NCBI GenBank assembly: GCA_963662665.2
Contig: CAXXJS010000040.1
Coordinates: 365,574-429,573 of the forward strand
DNA from: Candidatus Latescibacterota bacterium
GTDB lineage: Bacteria > Latescibacterota > UBA2968 > GCA-2709665
DNA length: 64,000 nucleotides
Direction of reading: 5' to 3'
In this document: positions 19,816 through 29,679 of the stretch, one piece after another
Layout: every line of letters starts with the position of its first letter
Numbering within the stretch: position 1 is the stretch's first letter
Notes under the pieces: generated by a model
What the model was told of the DNA's origin: nothing
The model's input: only the letters and a program-made list of their open reading frames with translations
Database searches by the model: none
Program-made: the position numbers and the translations under genes

Positions 19816-19852
19816 GAGAAATGGCGGTCCTCAGGGATTGCCATTTCTTTTT
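19816..19852 (+). terminator. Rho-independent terminator closing the outer-membrane operon
   Basis: GAAATGGCGGTCC-TCAG-GGATTGCCATTTC followed by TTTTT. Confidence 0.7.
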
Positions 19853-19867
19853 AGGTGCCGGATTTCG

Positions 19868-19953
19868 ACAAGGGACGCGACTATAAGGTGACGAGGACTC
19901 AATCATGGCTGACGGTGCATGATTCGGTACCGCAAACTGCCAGTTTGCGGCAC
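19868..19953. repeat. Composite REP (BIME-like) element, copy 1
   Basis: Aligns end to end with 25354-25438; ends in GTACCGCAAACTG-C-CAGTTTGCGGCAC. Confidence 0.7.
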
Positions 19954-20003
19954 GGTCGATTCAGGTTCCCCGAAAAACGACGAATCATGGTTAGAGGTCT
20001 GTA

Positions 20004-21230
20004 GTGAATCGATTTCATAAGATCTGTCTGACGTGCGATGCAAAACAACAGGACGCCGCAGCCTTGAACTGTGGTCTCTGCGGCGGTCCGCTGGGGTTCA
20101 GATACAGCTATGACGAGGTTACGTGGGACGACCGCTTCGAGGGGACCATGTGGCGTTACTGGCCCACGCTTCCGGTCGACGGTCCGGACGGGGCTGTCAC
20201 CTTGGACGAAGGCGGCACCCCCCTGCTTTCCGCACAAAGCTTCAACGGACATCGGGTCTATCTGAAGGACGAAACCCGCAACCCCACCGGGTCCCATAAG
20301 GACCGTTCGCTTTCGGTCGCAATCACACACGCGAAGGCCATCGGCGCGGATGTTTCCGTCATTGTATCAACGGGCAGCGCGGGCATCTCGAACGCGGCCC
20401 TGGCGGCCAGGGCCGGAATGCGAAGTGCGGTGGTCATGACAGAAGGAACGCCGCCGGAGCGCCTCTACCCCATGTTCGGCCTGGGCGCCGTGCTTCTCGA
20501 GGTGAGGGCGCAGATCGACCCGATTGTGGAGGGAGTCATTTCTGTATGTCGTGAACAAGGACTCTATCTGAGTACCACCAGCCGGAATTCCAATCCGTAC
20601 CAATGCGAAGGAAACAAGACGATCGCGTACGAGATAGTGGAGGAACTTGGCAGGGCGCCGGACTGGGTCGTGGTTCCCGTGGGCGGCGGCGGAACGGTCT
20701 CGGGGATCTGGCGGGGATTCCGGGATTGCCAGGCGCTCGGACTCATTGACACCCTTCCCGGAATGATCGGTGTGGTGCCTCGAGACTACAATGCGCTGGA
20801 GGTGGCCGTCGAACGCGGGTTGGAACAATGGGAAGAGGTACTGTCGCTGAACTATGACGACCGGCCACCTTCGATACTTGTGAAGCTTGCCCATAGCTAT
20901 CCACCCGACGGCATGGAAGCTTTGGAGACCATTCGTTCGTCGAAAGGGTTCTTTGTTTCCGTCACGGACGAGGAAGCTCTTTCGGCCCAGGAAGCCTGCG
21001 GCCGGAAGGAAGGGCTGTTCGTGGAACCTTCAACGGGCGCATGCCTGGCCGGCACAACCCGCCTGATGGATTCGGGACGTGTCGGTCCCGAGGATATCGT
21101 GGTCGCCATCGTGAGCGGCTCCGGGTACCGAGAAACGGCGTGTACCATGGTCGAGCGTCCGCTCGCAACACAGGCGATATCCATAGAGGAACTGTCCGGT
21201 ACCCTATCGGGATTTGCCGGCATGGACTGA
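20004..21230 (+). CDS. Threonine synthase-like PLP-dependent enzyme (fold type II)
   Basis: N-terminal CxxC...CxxC, VTLDEGGTPL, NPTGSHKDR (PLP lysine), VPVGGGG, EPSTG. Confidence 0.88.
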   Translation: MNRFHKICLTCDAKQQDAAALNCGLCGGPLGFRYSYDEVTWDDRFEGTMWRYWPTLPVDGPDGAVTLDEGGTPLLSAQSFNGHRVYLKDETRNPTGSHKDRSLSVAITHAKAIGADVSVIVSTGSAGISNAALAARAGMRSAVVMTEGTPPERLYPMFGLGAVLLEVRAQIDPIVEGVISVCREQGLYLSTTSRNSNPYQCEGNKTIAYEIVEELGRAPDWVVVPVGGGGTVSGIWRGFRDCQALGLIDTLPGMIGVVPRDYNALEVAVERGLEQWEEVLSLNYDDRPPSILVKLAHSYPPDGMEALETIRSSKGFFVSVTDEEALSAQEACGRKEGLFVEPSTGACLAGTTRLMDSGRVGPEDIVVAIVSGSGYRETACTMVERPLATQAISIEELSGTLSGFAGMD

Positions 21231-21300
21231 ACGGTCCGGGCGCCCGGACCATTCTTTGGTCTGCGCACCGGGACAAGGACGTAGAGAAGGGCAGACAGAA

Positions 21301-22386
21301 ATGTCTGCCCCACCTTCAAACACACTTCATCAACGGCTCGATACTGGCGAAGGAACCGACTGGATGTCACTGCATCTTGCACAATGGCGCCGTCGCGAAG
21401 AACCGATTCTGTCCGCGCTGACCACCCGGCAGAACTGGTGCCGGGTTGAACTCTACAACCCGACGGTGGTCCGCGCCGCAGACAGGTACATGATGTGGTA
21501 CATCGCTCACGGTACCGCCACCCGTACAGACGATTCGGTCGTGGGCTTCGCGGAATCGGACGACGGAATCCACTGGAACGAGCACCCGGACAACCCCATC
21601 CTCACCCGCGACGATCTGCCCGCCTGCGACGCGTGGCAGACGCCCCATGTGATCTTCGACGCGGACGAGGGCCTGTACAAGATGTGGTTCATTATGTCGA
21701 CCGTTGTACGGGGCGGTCCAACCTGGCTCGTGAGCTTCGAACAGCAACTGGGTTATGCCACCAGCCGCGACGGGCTGAAATGGGACGTTCATCCCGAGCC
21801 GATCTATCACAGCGGGCGACGTCCGTGCGTGATCAAAGACGGGCCGGGCGCCTACCGGATGTGGATGAACTCATCCCCAACGCCCGACGGGAGCTTCGAC
21901 GACCTGGTACATCATATCTATCGCTTCGAGTCCACGGACGGCCTCAGCTGGACGCGGGACCCGGAACCCGCCGTGAGCTACAACGAAAAGCTCCGGGGAA
22001 CGGTCTATCCATTCGTTATGCGGGAAGGCGACGGATACATCATGTGGTACGGGGCCTGGCCCGCCAAAGGCGAAGTGTTGATCGACGCGGGGTCCGAATC
22101 GCCGCTGGTCCGCCCCGTATTCGAGATCTACTGTTCCACGTCGTCCGACGGTCTGAATTGGACCCACCACCAGGACACCCCCGCCCTGCCGGCAACGCGC
22201 AATCCTTTAGACTACGACGGGCGGTATACTTCCACGCCGTGCGTCGTCGACGGCGGAGACCGCTATCTGATGTACTATTCCGCCAGGGACTGGGGTACCC
22301 TCTATAGAACGGGAGCCGACACGCTGGGCATCGATAAGGCCGGAATCTACCGCCACGTCGGCGTGGCCGTGTGTCCCAAGACTTGA
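21301..22386 (+). CDS. Five-bladed beta-propeller protein (GH32/43/130-like fold), paralog A
   Basis: Repeated blades P.V....Y.MWY...G.A.S.DG..W; paralogous to 26535 and 52574. Confidence 0.7.
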   Translation: MSAPPSNTLHQRLDTGEGTDWMSLHLAQWRRREEPILSALTTRQNWCRVELYNPTVVRAADRYMMWYIAHGTATRTDDSVVGFAESDDGIHWNEHPDNPILTRDDLPACDAWQTPHVIFDADEGLYKMWFIMSTVVRGGPTWLVSFEQQLGYATSRDGLKWDVHPEPIYHSGRRPCVIKDGPGAYRMWMNSSPTPDGSFDDLVHHIYRFESTDGLSWTRDPEPAVSYNEKLRGTVYPFVMREGDGYIMWYGAWPAKGEVLIDAGSESPLVRPVFEIYCSTSSDGLNWTHHQDTPALPATRNPLDYDGRYTSTPCVVDGGDRYLMYYSARDWGTLYRTGADTLGIDKAGIYRHVGVAVCPKT

Positions 22387-22424
22387 TATGTCATCCTTAG
22401 AAGCTGGTTTAATGAGGAGAACGA

Positions 22425-24437
22425 GTGGAAGGCTCTCAAGCCCGAAGCCGGTGGAATCGGACCGACCCGCAACAACGCGCGTCTTCGGAGCATCAACCTG
22501 CGTCTTCCCGGGACGGTCTCACGTTGCGGGCTTTCCTTATCGGACTCGGACTTTGCGTGTTTCTCGGTGTCGCGCTGACGCACAACCGGATGGTCGTCCA
22601 GGGGCCCTTCATGGGCAATTACTTTATGGACCGGGGCGTACTGTTCGTCTTCTTTGTCCTCGTTCTGGCCGTAAACCCCCTGGCGGGGGCCCTGAAGCGC
22701 CGGTTTGCGCTGGGGCGAGGCGAGTTGCTGGCCATCTACGTCATGTTGCTGTTTCTGATGCCGTCGTGGAAAATCACCAAGGCCCTGCTGGGCTTCATGA
22801 CCGGCGTGACCTACTATGCCTCGCCGGAAATGCGGCACCTGGAAGCGGTGTTGCCCTATGCCCTTCCGTGGCTGTCGATCCTGGATACGGGAGCCGTACG
22901 GGGGCTGTACGACGGCCTTCCCGCCGGCGACCCGGTGCCCTGGTGGACGTGGGTGGTTCCCATGTGGAGCTGGGGGTCGTTCCTGGTCGTACTCTACGTC
23001 GTGCTCGTCTGCCTGGCCGTCCTGATGAGAAAGCAGTGGGAAGAGCACGAACGGTTTGCGTTTCCCATCATGCAGGTCCCGCTCGAGATGAGCGAGGCGG
23101 GGGCGCGAAAGGTGGGACCCCTGTTCCGCAACAGGATGATGTGGGCAGGGTTCGCGGTTCCATTTCTGATCGGATTGTTGAACGGGCTTCAGAGGTACTA
23201 TTACTCTCTTCCCCGGATTCACCTGCGAACCGTGATCTGGATCTTCCGCCGGGCGATTCCCTTGCACATCGGTCTTCATTTCGCCATCCTTGGGTACTCG
23301 TATTTCGTGAATACGGACGTGAGCCTGAGCATCTGGCTGTTCAACGTCATCGCAAAATGCATCAGCGGAATTCTGGCCATCGTAGGGGCGGAAACTTACG
23401 GCGTTTCCGGCGTGGTGGGCCGGCACAGTTCGCAGGGATCGGAATTGCTGGCGATGATGGGCATGGGCTATATGCTCGGCCTGGCGGGGTACAGTCTGTG
23501 GATCGCGCGGGGGCACCTGCGTGAGGTCTGGGCCAGCGCGATGGGCCGACCGTCGCGCCTGGACGACTCGGAAGAGGTCATCCCCTATCGATCCGCGGTG
23601 GCCGGCATTGTTGCGGGAACGCTCTATCTCGGATGCTGGCTCTACCAGGCGGGCATCTCTCCTCATCTCGTCCTGCTGCTGGGCTTTTTCTGCTTTGTCG
23701 TCTTTCTGGTGCTCGCCCGGATCGTGAGCGAGACCGGATATTCCGTCACCTATTCCCCACTGAACCCGTCCGAGTTCGTGGTGTGCGCGGTGGGATCAGC
23801 GGCGTTCGGACCAACGGGGTTGACTTCTCTCGGCGTCAGTTTCGCCTGGACGATGACCCGGTTGAATACGCTGATGCCGAGGGCCTCGGGCGCGCTGCGG
23901 CTCGCACGTGAGATCGGGCGCAAGCGGGGGCTGGTGGTGGCGATGGGCGCCGCGCTGGCCGCCGGCCTGATCGCCGCGAGTTATATGACGCTTCAACTGG
24001 GGTACGAACACGGCGGCCGCAACCTGGACTACTGGTTCCGGGACGTGAACGACTGTGCGCTGCCGTTCGACGAATACATCGGTCGCAGGCTGCTCTCACC
24101 CTCGCCGATCTTCTATCCCGGATTTCTTTATACGGCGCTGGGCGCGGCCGTTGTCGTCGCTCTGATGTCGCTCCGGTCGCGGCTCCCGTGGTGGCCGCTG
24201 CACCCGGTGGCGCTGCCGGTGAGCACAATCGCCTATACGCACAACTACTTTTTCAGCGTGTTTCTCGCATGGGGAATCAAAGCGCTCGTGCTGAAGTTTG
24301 GAGGCGCCAATCTTTACAGGATGACGCGGCCGTTCTTCATGGGAATTATCCTCGGTGAGGCGGTCTGCCTGGGGATGTGGATCGTTATCGACAGCATCAC
24401 CGGCAAAGTGGGCGGGATCTGGATCCTGCAACCGTGA
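22425..24437 (+). CDS. DUF6785/DUF6784-type polytopic membrane protein, putative transporter
   Basis: Many TM segments; GLTLRAFLIG, RKQWEEHERFAFPI, WWPLHPV, RPFFMGIILGE. Confidence 0.7.
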   Translation: MEGSQARSRWNRTDPQQRASSEHQPASSRDGLTLRAFLIGLGLCVFLGVALTHNRMVVQGPFMGNYFMDRGVLFVFFVLVLAVNPLAGALKRRFALGRGELLAIYVMLLFLMPSWKITKALLGFMTGVTYYASPEMRHLEAVLPYALPWLSILDTGAVRGLYDGLPAGDPVPWWTWVVPMWSWGSFLVVLYVVLVCLAVLMRKQWEEHERFAFPIMQVPLEMSEAGARKVGPLFRNRMMWAGFAVPFLIGLLNGLQRYYYSLPRIHLRTVIWIFRRAIPLHIGLHFAILGYSYFVNTDVSLSIWLFNVIAKCISGILAIVGAETYGVSGVVGRHSSQGSELLAMMGMGYMLGLAGYSLWIARGHLREVWASAMGRPSRLDDSEEVIPYRSAVAGIVAGTLYLGCWLYQAGISPHLVLLLGFFCFVVFLVLARIVSETGYSVTYSPLNPSEFVVCAVGSAAFGPTGLTSLGVSFAWTMTRLNTLMPRASGALRLAREIGRKRGLVVAMGAALAAGLIAASYMTLQLGYEHGGRNLDYWFRDVNDCALPFDEYIGRRLLSPSPIFYPGFLYTALGAAVVVALMSLRSRLPWWPLHPVALPVSTIAYTHNYFFSVFLAWGIKALVLKFGGANLYRMTRPFFMGIILGEAVCLGMWIVIDSITGKVGGIWILQP

Positions 24438-24491
24438 GCATGGGGAGGGGGCGGCTTGAGTGCCGTCAGATCAAACGAAGAGGGTACCTAT

Positions 24492-25316
24492 ATGGATTCA
24501 GGAGCAGATCAAATGAAGAGCGAACTGAATCAGATGCGCGTCAACGGCTGGTGTGTCGTCAATAACGTCGTCCCTGGGGACCGGGTCGCGGCCGTGAGAG
24601 TGCGCGTTATGGATGCCGTGAATCGGCACGCGAATGCCGAAACGCTCGACGACAAGGGCATCGGGCACGTCTCCGGCTTTGTCGCCCGGGAGCAGTCTTT
24701 CGCGCCCTATGTGGCGGATTCCGGGGTCATGGGTGTCGTCCAGGGGATGCTGGGCGATCACGTCCGGATCTCTTTCACCACCGCAACGGTCAACTTTCCC
24801 GGAAACCCGCGTGGCGCGTGGCATGCCGACTGGCCCTTCAACCAGAACAACGCCGGGCATATTCCCGCACCCTATCCCGACGCGGTGATGCACCTCACCA
24901 CGCTATGGATGCTCTCCCCATTCAGCGAGAAGAACGGTGGGACCCTCATTCTCCCCGGAAGCCACCGTTCGAACAACAATCCCAGCGGGGAAAACGGATT
25001 CGACCCGCTCGGCGCGATTCCCGGTGAGTGCAACGCGGAAGGCGACGCCGGAAGCGTGCTGATGCTGGACAGCCGGCTCTGGCACGCCACGGCTTCCAAC
25101 CGTTCCGACGAGCCGCGCGTGTCGGTCGTGATTCGCTACGCGCCCTGGTGGCTCGATACCGGTGTCCTGATGCCCGGGTCCGAAGCGCGCGAGCGGATGC
25201 TGGAGGCGACCGGTCTCAATGCGCCTGAGGTCCCGCCTGTTCCGCAAGAGGTCTATGATACCATGCATGAAAGGGTGAAGCCCTTGTTCCGGCACTGGGT
25301 TAGACCAGAGAATTGA
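24492..25316 (+). CDS. Phytanoyl-CoA dioxygenase (PhyH) family Fe(II)/2OG enzyme
   Basis: WHADWP, NGGTLILPGSH, AGSVLMLDSRLWH, NRSDEPR. Confidence 0.88.
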   Translation: MDSGADQMKSELNQMRVNGWCVVNNVVPGDRVAAVRVRVMDAVNRHANAETLDDKGIGHVSGFVAREQSFAPYVADSGVMGVVQGMLGDHVRISFTTATVNFPGNPRGAWHADWPFNQNNAGHIPAPYPDAVMHLTTLWMLSPFSEKNGGTLILPGSHRSNNNPSGENGFDPLGAIPGECNAEGDAGSVLMLDSRLWHATASNRSDEPRVSVVIRYAPWWLDTGVLMPGSEARERMLEATGLNAPEVPPVPQEVYDTMHERVKPLFRHWVRPEN

Positions 25317-25339
25317 CAAATAACCCCCACAGCCCGCCC

Positions 25340-25438
25340 ATGGCCGGGCGCCCACAAGGGACGCCCCTACAAGGCGATCGGCAGTGACTCAGGCTGAAGG
25401 CGTTTGATCAGGTACCGCGAACTGGCAGTTCGCGGTAC
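25340..25438. repeat. Composite REP (BIME-like) element, copy 2 (best conserved)
   Basis: GGGCGCCCACAAGGGACGCCCCTAC (GTAG-type REP on the minus strand), linker, then GTACCGCGAACTG-G-CAGTTCGCGGTAC. Confidence 0.78.
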
Positions 25439-25562
25439 GGCCACGGGACCGTCACATCAGACGCATTGCGCGAACCATAGCCCTTCGATTACAGGCAATC
25501 GACACCCCTCTTTTTTCTGCGTCTTATCGAAACGTGTCAATCTTGTAGGGAGGTGCATCGAG

Positions 25563-26516
25563 ATGGCGGAGACAGCAGCGAAAACCAGGTATACCGCACC
25601 GAATCCGGGATTCGGGTTCTCGGACGTGCCGCATACCGAATTCGACTATCCATTCCCGGCCCTGACCCTGGAACAGCGGATGCGGTTCGAGCTTTTCGGG
25701 TACACCATCGTCGAGGATCTGTTTGCTGAGCCGGAGTTGCGGTCCATAGAGGCGTCAGCCAACAAATTGAAGGCGGAAATCCTGGATGCGGCCGGCGACG
25801 TCGAGATCACGCCGCCTCCGCCGCCCAGGAAGTACGAGGACTTCAGAGACGGGGCGATCTGGCGGGCGAACCGGAGAAGGACGGATTCGGGCGACCTTCA
25901 CATGGAACGTCTGGAGATCGAGAACGTGCTGGGGCTGGACCCCATCTACCTGTCGGTACTGACCAGACCCCGCGTCCTGGGGATCGCCACGGAACTGCTG
26001 GGAGGGACGTTTCGCTTCCACCAGGTCGCCGTCCGCTTCAACCGGCGTTCCGAAACCCCCGTTTTGGGATGGCACGGCGGGGTGACCCGGCACAAGGACC
26101 GGGCGGTCCGTAAGAATGGCTGGTTCCATACGCAGATCCTGGGATTGATCCTCTATCTCACAGACGTGGGCCCGGGTGACGGCGGAACCGGGATCTTTGC
26201 GGGAAGTCACAGACTCGACCTCTCATACGACGATTTGAAGCAGTACATCACGGACCATCCGGACTCCGAGTTTTTCCACCAGACCACGGCGAAGCGAGGT
26301 TCCGCGCTGCTGTTCGCCGACGGCCCGCTGATGCACCGGACCATCAACATTGAGACGGACAAGGAACGGCTGATCATGCTCTCGCGGATTGTCCATTCAG
26401 ACTACGAGTTCGGCGGCATGGAGTCGCTCGGTCTGACCGACCACGTACCGCATGAGCTCATGCCGCTGTTCTATGGACGGGCGTTCACGCCCAGATATCG
26501 ACCCCGCGGGGAATAG
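25563..26516 (+). CDS. PhyH family Fe(II)/2OG enzyme with an HxG motif
   Basis: FELFGYTIV, WHGG, YLTDVGPGDGGTGIFAGSHR, LMHRT, KER; GGGAGG RBS. Confidence 0.8.
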   Translation: MAETAAKTRYTAPNPGFGFSDVPHTEFDYPFPALTLEQRMRFELFGYTIVEDLFAEPELRSIEASANKLKAEILDAAGDVEITPPPPPRKYEDFRDGAIWRANRRRTDSGDLHMERLEIENVLGLDPIYLSVLTRPRVLGIATELLGGTFRFHQVAVRFNRRSETPVLGWHGGVTRHKDRAVRKNGWFHTQILGLILYLTDVGPGDGGTGIFAGSHRLDLSYDDLKQYITDHPDSEFFHQTTAKRGSALLFADGPLMHRTINIETDKERLIMLSRIVHSDYEFGGMESLGLTDHVPHELMPLFYGRAFTPRYRPRGE

Positions 26517-26534
26517 CACACGGAGGTGAAACCG

Positions 26535-27812
26535 GTGTCAGCGAGTTTTCCCGAAGTGCCGGCGTGGTATGCCCCCCGCATCTGTGGTGTCGACCCGACG
26601 GGACGAACGATTTCGGCCAGGGCCGGGGAGACCATTGACTTTCGTCTCGAGGTCGAGCCCTGTCAGTCACTGCCAACGCGGCAGGACTGGCGGCGCCTTT
26701 CCAGGCCCATTCTGTCTGCGGCGACGACGAAGCAGGACTGGTGCCGCGTACTCCTCTACATGCCCTGCGTGCTGAGGGCGGACGGCATCTACAAGATGTG
26801 GTACGTGGGCAGTTCCGACCACGCGCGCAACCCTTCGTACATCCATCTCGGGTACGCCACGTCGACGGACGGGTTGCAGTGGGAGCCCCATGCCAGGAAT
26901 CCGATCGCCACCGACGATGCGATTCCGTGGGGCTGGCGTTTCCAGGCGCCGTACGTGCTTTACGACCTGGAGGAGAAGATTTACAGGATGTGGTTTACCG
27001 CCGTCGATGAAATCGACGCGGAGGGACGCCCGTGGTTGAACCAGCGGGTGGGGTACGGCGAGAGTCCCGACGGGATTTCATGGACGTTCCACCCGGAGCC
27101 CGTGCTGCGTACCGGGCGGCGACCGTGTGTTATGAAACTGGACGACGGCACGTACAGGATGTGGGTGAATGCGCCGTCCGGAACCGCTCCGGATCTGCAG
27201 GTGACCCAGAACGTCATTTCCGCCCGGTCCGAGGACGGTCTGCATTGGGAAGCGGAGGGAGACGCGGTGCGGTACGGCGGGATCTATCGCTCTTGCGTAT
27301 ATCCCTTCGTAATGCGCGATCGGGGCGAGCTGGCGATGTGGTTCGGCGGTCACCGGGCGGGCGGCGCTTTCGATATTTCGTTCGGGCGCACCCGCGACGG
27401 CAGCACCTGGTACTACCAGAACGACGTGCCCACGTTTCCCCCGAACCCGCGCAGGGATGCGTTCGACGGACGGTACACGTCCACCCCGCACGTGTTGAAG
27501 CTGCCGGGCAAGTATATGATGTACTATTCCGCGCGGGACCTGGACGACGGATGGATCGCGCCGGACGGCTCGCGGCAGCGGGACGCCGACGGGGTGTATC
27601 GCCACATCGGGTGCGCCGAATTGCCTGTGGACGAAGTGGAAGATCCGGGCCTCCGCTTTTCGTGGATGGCCGACGGTAAGGCAATACCCGGAAACGGCGG
27701 ATCGCTGCGGTTCGAGGCGGACAGGGCGGGAAGACATTCGATAACCTGCCGCGTGGAAAATGACAACGGCTCAACCGCGTACACCTGGGAGGTGGATGCG
27801 AGCAATGGATAG
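26535..27812 (+). CDS. Five-bladed beta-propeller protein, paralog B, nested in an Ig/PKD-like domain
   Basis: Blades as in 21301 (DGRYTSTP, GVYRHIG); flanked by Ig-like strands; GTG at 26535 after GGAGG. Confidence 0.7.
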   Translation: MSASFPEVPAWYAPRICGVDPTGRTISARAGETIDFRLEVEPCQSLPTRQDWRRLSRPILSAATTKQDWCRVLLYMPCVLRADGIYKMWYVGSSDHARNPSYIHLGYATSTDGLQWEPHARNPIATDDAIPWGWRFQAPYVLYDLEEKIYRMWFTAVDEIDAEGRPWLNQRVGYGESPDGISWTFHPEPVLRTGRRPCVMKLDDGTYRMWVNAPSGTAPDLQVTQNVISARSEDGLHWEAEGDAVRYGGIYRSCVYPFVMRDRGELAMWFGGHRAGGAFDISFGRTRDGSTWYYQNDVPTFPPNPRRDAFDGRYTSTPHVLKLPGKYMMYYSARDLDDGWIAPDGSRQRDADGVYRHIGCAELPVDEVEDPGLRFSWMADGKAIPGNGGSLRFEADRAGRHSITCRVENDNGSTAYTWEVDASNG

Positions 27813-29679
27813 ACCCGTAGTCCTGGCTGCAGACCGCCGTGCGCGATGCGCGGTGGAGGTGTCCGCGAATCCGGAGCCCGGCGAAATGACGGCCGGGGAG
27901 GAACTGGCGCATTACATTGGGAAGCTTGCCGGTACCCCCATCGGTCTGCACCAGGGGGAGAAGAGCGGCGCGCCCGTGCGGATTCTGGTGGGGACCCGAG
28001 CGCGTGAGGAGATTGGCGACTTGCCGGTGGACGACGTGCGGGACGACGGGTTTGTGCTGCGCGTGTCGCCGGACCGGATCGCGTTGGCCGGCGCCAACAC
28101 GCGGGGCACGCTGTATGCCGCGTATGAGCTGATCGAGCGGCTGGGGGTGCGGTGGTACGGCCCGAACCCACAGGATGAGTATGTTCCCGGGATCGGCGAT
28201 CTGGCGCTTCCGTTGGGGTCTGAGGTGATCAATCCGTCGTTCCGGTTCCGGTTCCTCAGGTGCCTCTTCTCGGCGATGGTCGGGCTGGAAGCATCGGGAA
28301 TGTGGCAACCCTTTTCGTCTCCCAGGCAGGAACAGTTGCTGGACTGGGGCGTGAAGAACCGGCTGAACGCCGGCTTCTGGCCCTTCGACGATCCGGACGT
28401 CACTTCCTTCTTCGGCAGGCGTGGCGGCGTGGCGTGCGTGGACCACGCTCACGCCCTGCCGTATATGGTGCCGCCTGACCAATACTGGGATTCGCACCCG
28501 GAATATTTCGCGGTCGACGAACACGGCGAGTTGTTCGAAAGACGGGCGAACGAGTACGGGATTCACGTGTGCAGGTCAAATCCGGATGTCCTGGACGTGG
28601 TGGTCCGGAAGGCCCTTGAGACGATGGAACGCGACCCGGATGCGGGCTTCGTGAGCATTTCCCAGGCGGACGGCCAGTTCCACTGCCGGTGCCCGGCCTG
28701 TCTGTCGAAGTGTAACCAGGGATCTCTGGTATTTCTGGGCGAGGAGCAGATCATCCGGACCAATTGCATGGTGGAATTCGCCAACCGGGTGGCTGAACGG
28801 TTCTGCGAGCGTTGGCCGGACCGGTACCTTATGATTCTGGGACACCATCAGACGATTCCGCCGCCAACGATTGACGTGCATCCGAACGTGATGATCAAGC
28901 TCGCCTGTTCGCCGCACGGGTTCGTGTCGTTCAACCGGCCCCTCGAGGATCCCGCGGGGAACCATTTTATCTTCCAGAGGGCCGTGGAGGGGTGGGCCGC
29001 CACGGGTACGCCGCTGGCCTATTACGGTTATAACCCCCACAGTTCGTTTGCCCATGCCCCCTTTTCGGCCGGCCGCAGGTTTCACAGCGATATCAGGTGG
29101 CTGCACCGGCACGGGTTTGTGGGCGCCGAATTCCAGGGTGAAGGGACGCTGTGGGGATTCTATGGTCTGAACCACGTCGTGCAAGCCCGGACGATGTGGG
29201 ACGTCGACGTGGATTTCGCCGCGCTTCAGCGGGACTATTTCCGCTGTTTGTACGGGGCCGCGGCCGAGCCGGTGCAGGCACTGCACAAGGCGTTTGAGCG
29301 GGCAGTTGTGGAACACGAACCCATGATGAAGGGCCTCGGCGCGTTTCTTTCTCCGGAGTTGATCGAGAGGGGAAGAAATCTGATTCGCGAGGGCCGCGAC
29401 GCGGAGACGTCCGATGACGTCCAGGGCCGACTGAACGTCCTGGCCGCACAGGTTGAATACGGAGGCCGGCTGATGGGCGCCAGACGGACCGCGGAAACGT
29501 ACCACCGGACGCGGGACCAGGACCAATTGAAGCGGCTGGTCCGGGAACGGGATGCCATTGTCGACTACATTGCCGCGAATCCCGTGGACGACGCCTATCA
29601 TTTGGGCGGTATCGGCGGGCAGCGAGGGAATATCAATAACTTCCTGCTGGGGCACCTCTGGGGAATCGACAGGATCTGA
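27805..29679 (+). CDS. DUF4838 domain protein (GH20/GH67-like N-domain plus TIM barrel)
   Basis: DDGFVLRV...LAGANTRGTLYAAYELIERLGVRWY, HPEYFA, CRSNPDV, SISQAD...CRCPAC, ARTMWD. Confidence 0.8.
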   Translation: MDRPVVLAADRRARCAVEVSANPEPGEMTAGEELAHYIGKLAGTPIGLHQGEKSGAPVRILVGTRAREEIGDLPVDDVRDDGFVLRVSPDRIALAGANTRGTLYAAYELIERLGVRWYGPNPQDEYVPGIGDLALPLGSEVINPSFRFRFLRCLFSAMVGLEASGMWQPFSSPRQEQLLDWGVKNRLNAGFWPFDDPDVTSFFGRRGGVACVDHAHALPYMVPPDQYWDSHPEYFAVDEHGELFERRANEYGIHVCRSNPDVLDVVVRKALETMERDPDAGFVSISQADGQFHCRCPACLSKCNQGSLVFLGEEQIIRTNCMVEFANRVAERFCERWPDRYLMILGHHQTIPPPTIDVHPNVMIKLACSPHGFVSFNRPLEDPAGNHFIFQRAVEGWAATGTPLAYYGYNPHSSFAHAPFSAGRRFHSDIRWLHRHGFVGAEFQGEGTLWGFYGLNHVVQARTMWDVDVDFAALQRDYFRCLYGAAAEPVQALHKAFERAVVEHEPMMKGLGAFLSPELIERGRNLIREGRDAETSDDVQGRLNVLAAQVEYGGRLMGARRTAETYHRTRDQDQLKRLVRERDAIVDYIAANPVDDAYHLGGIGGQRGNINNFLLGHLWGIDRI

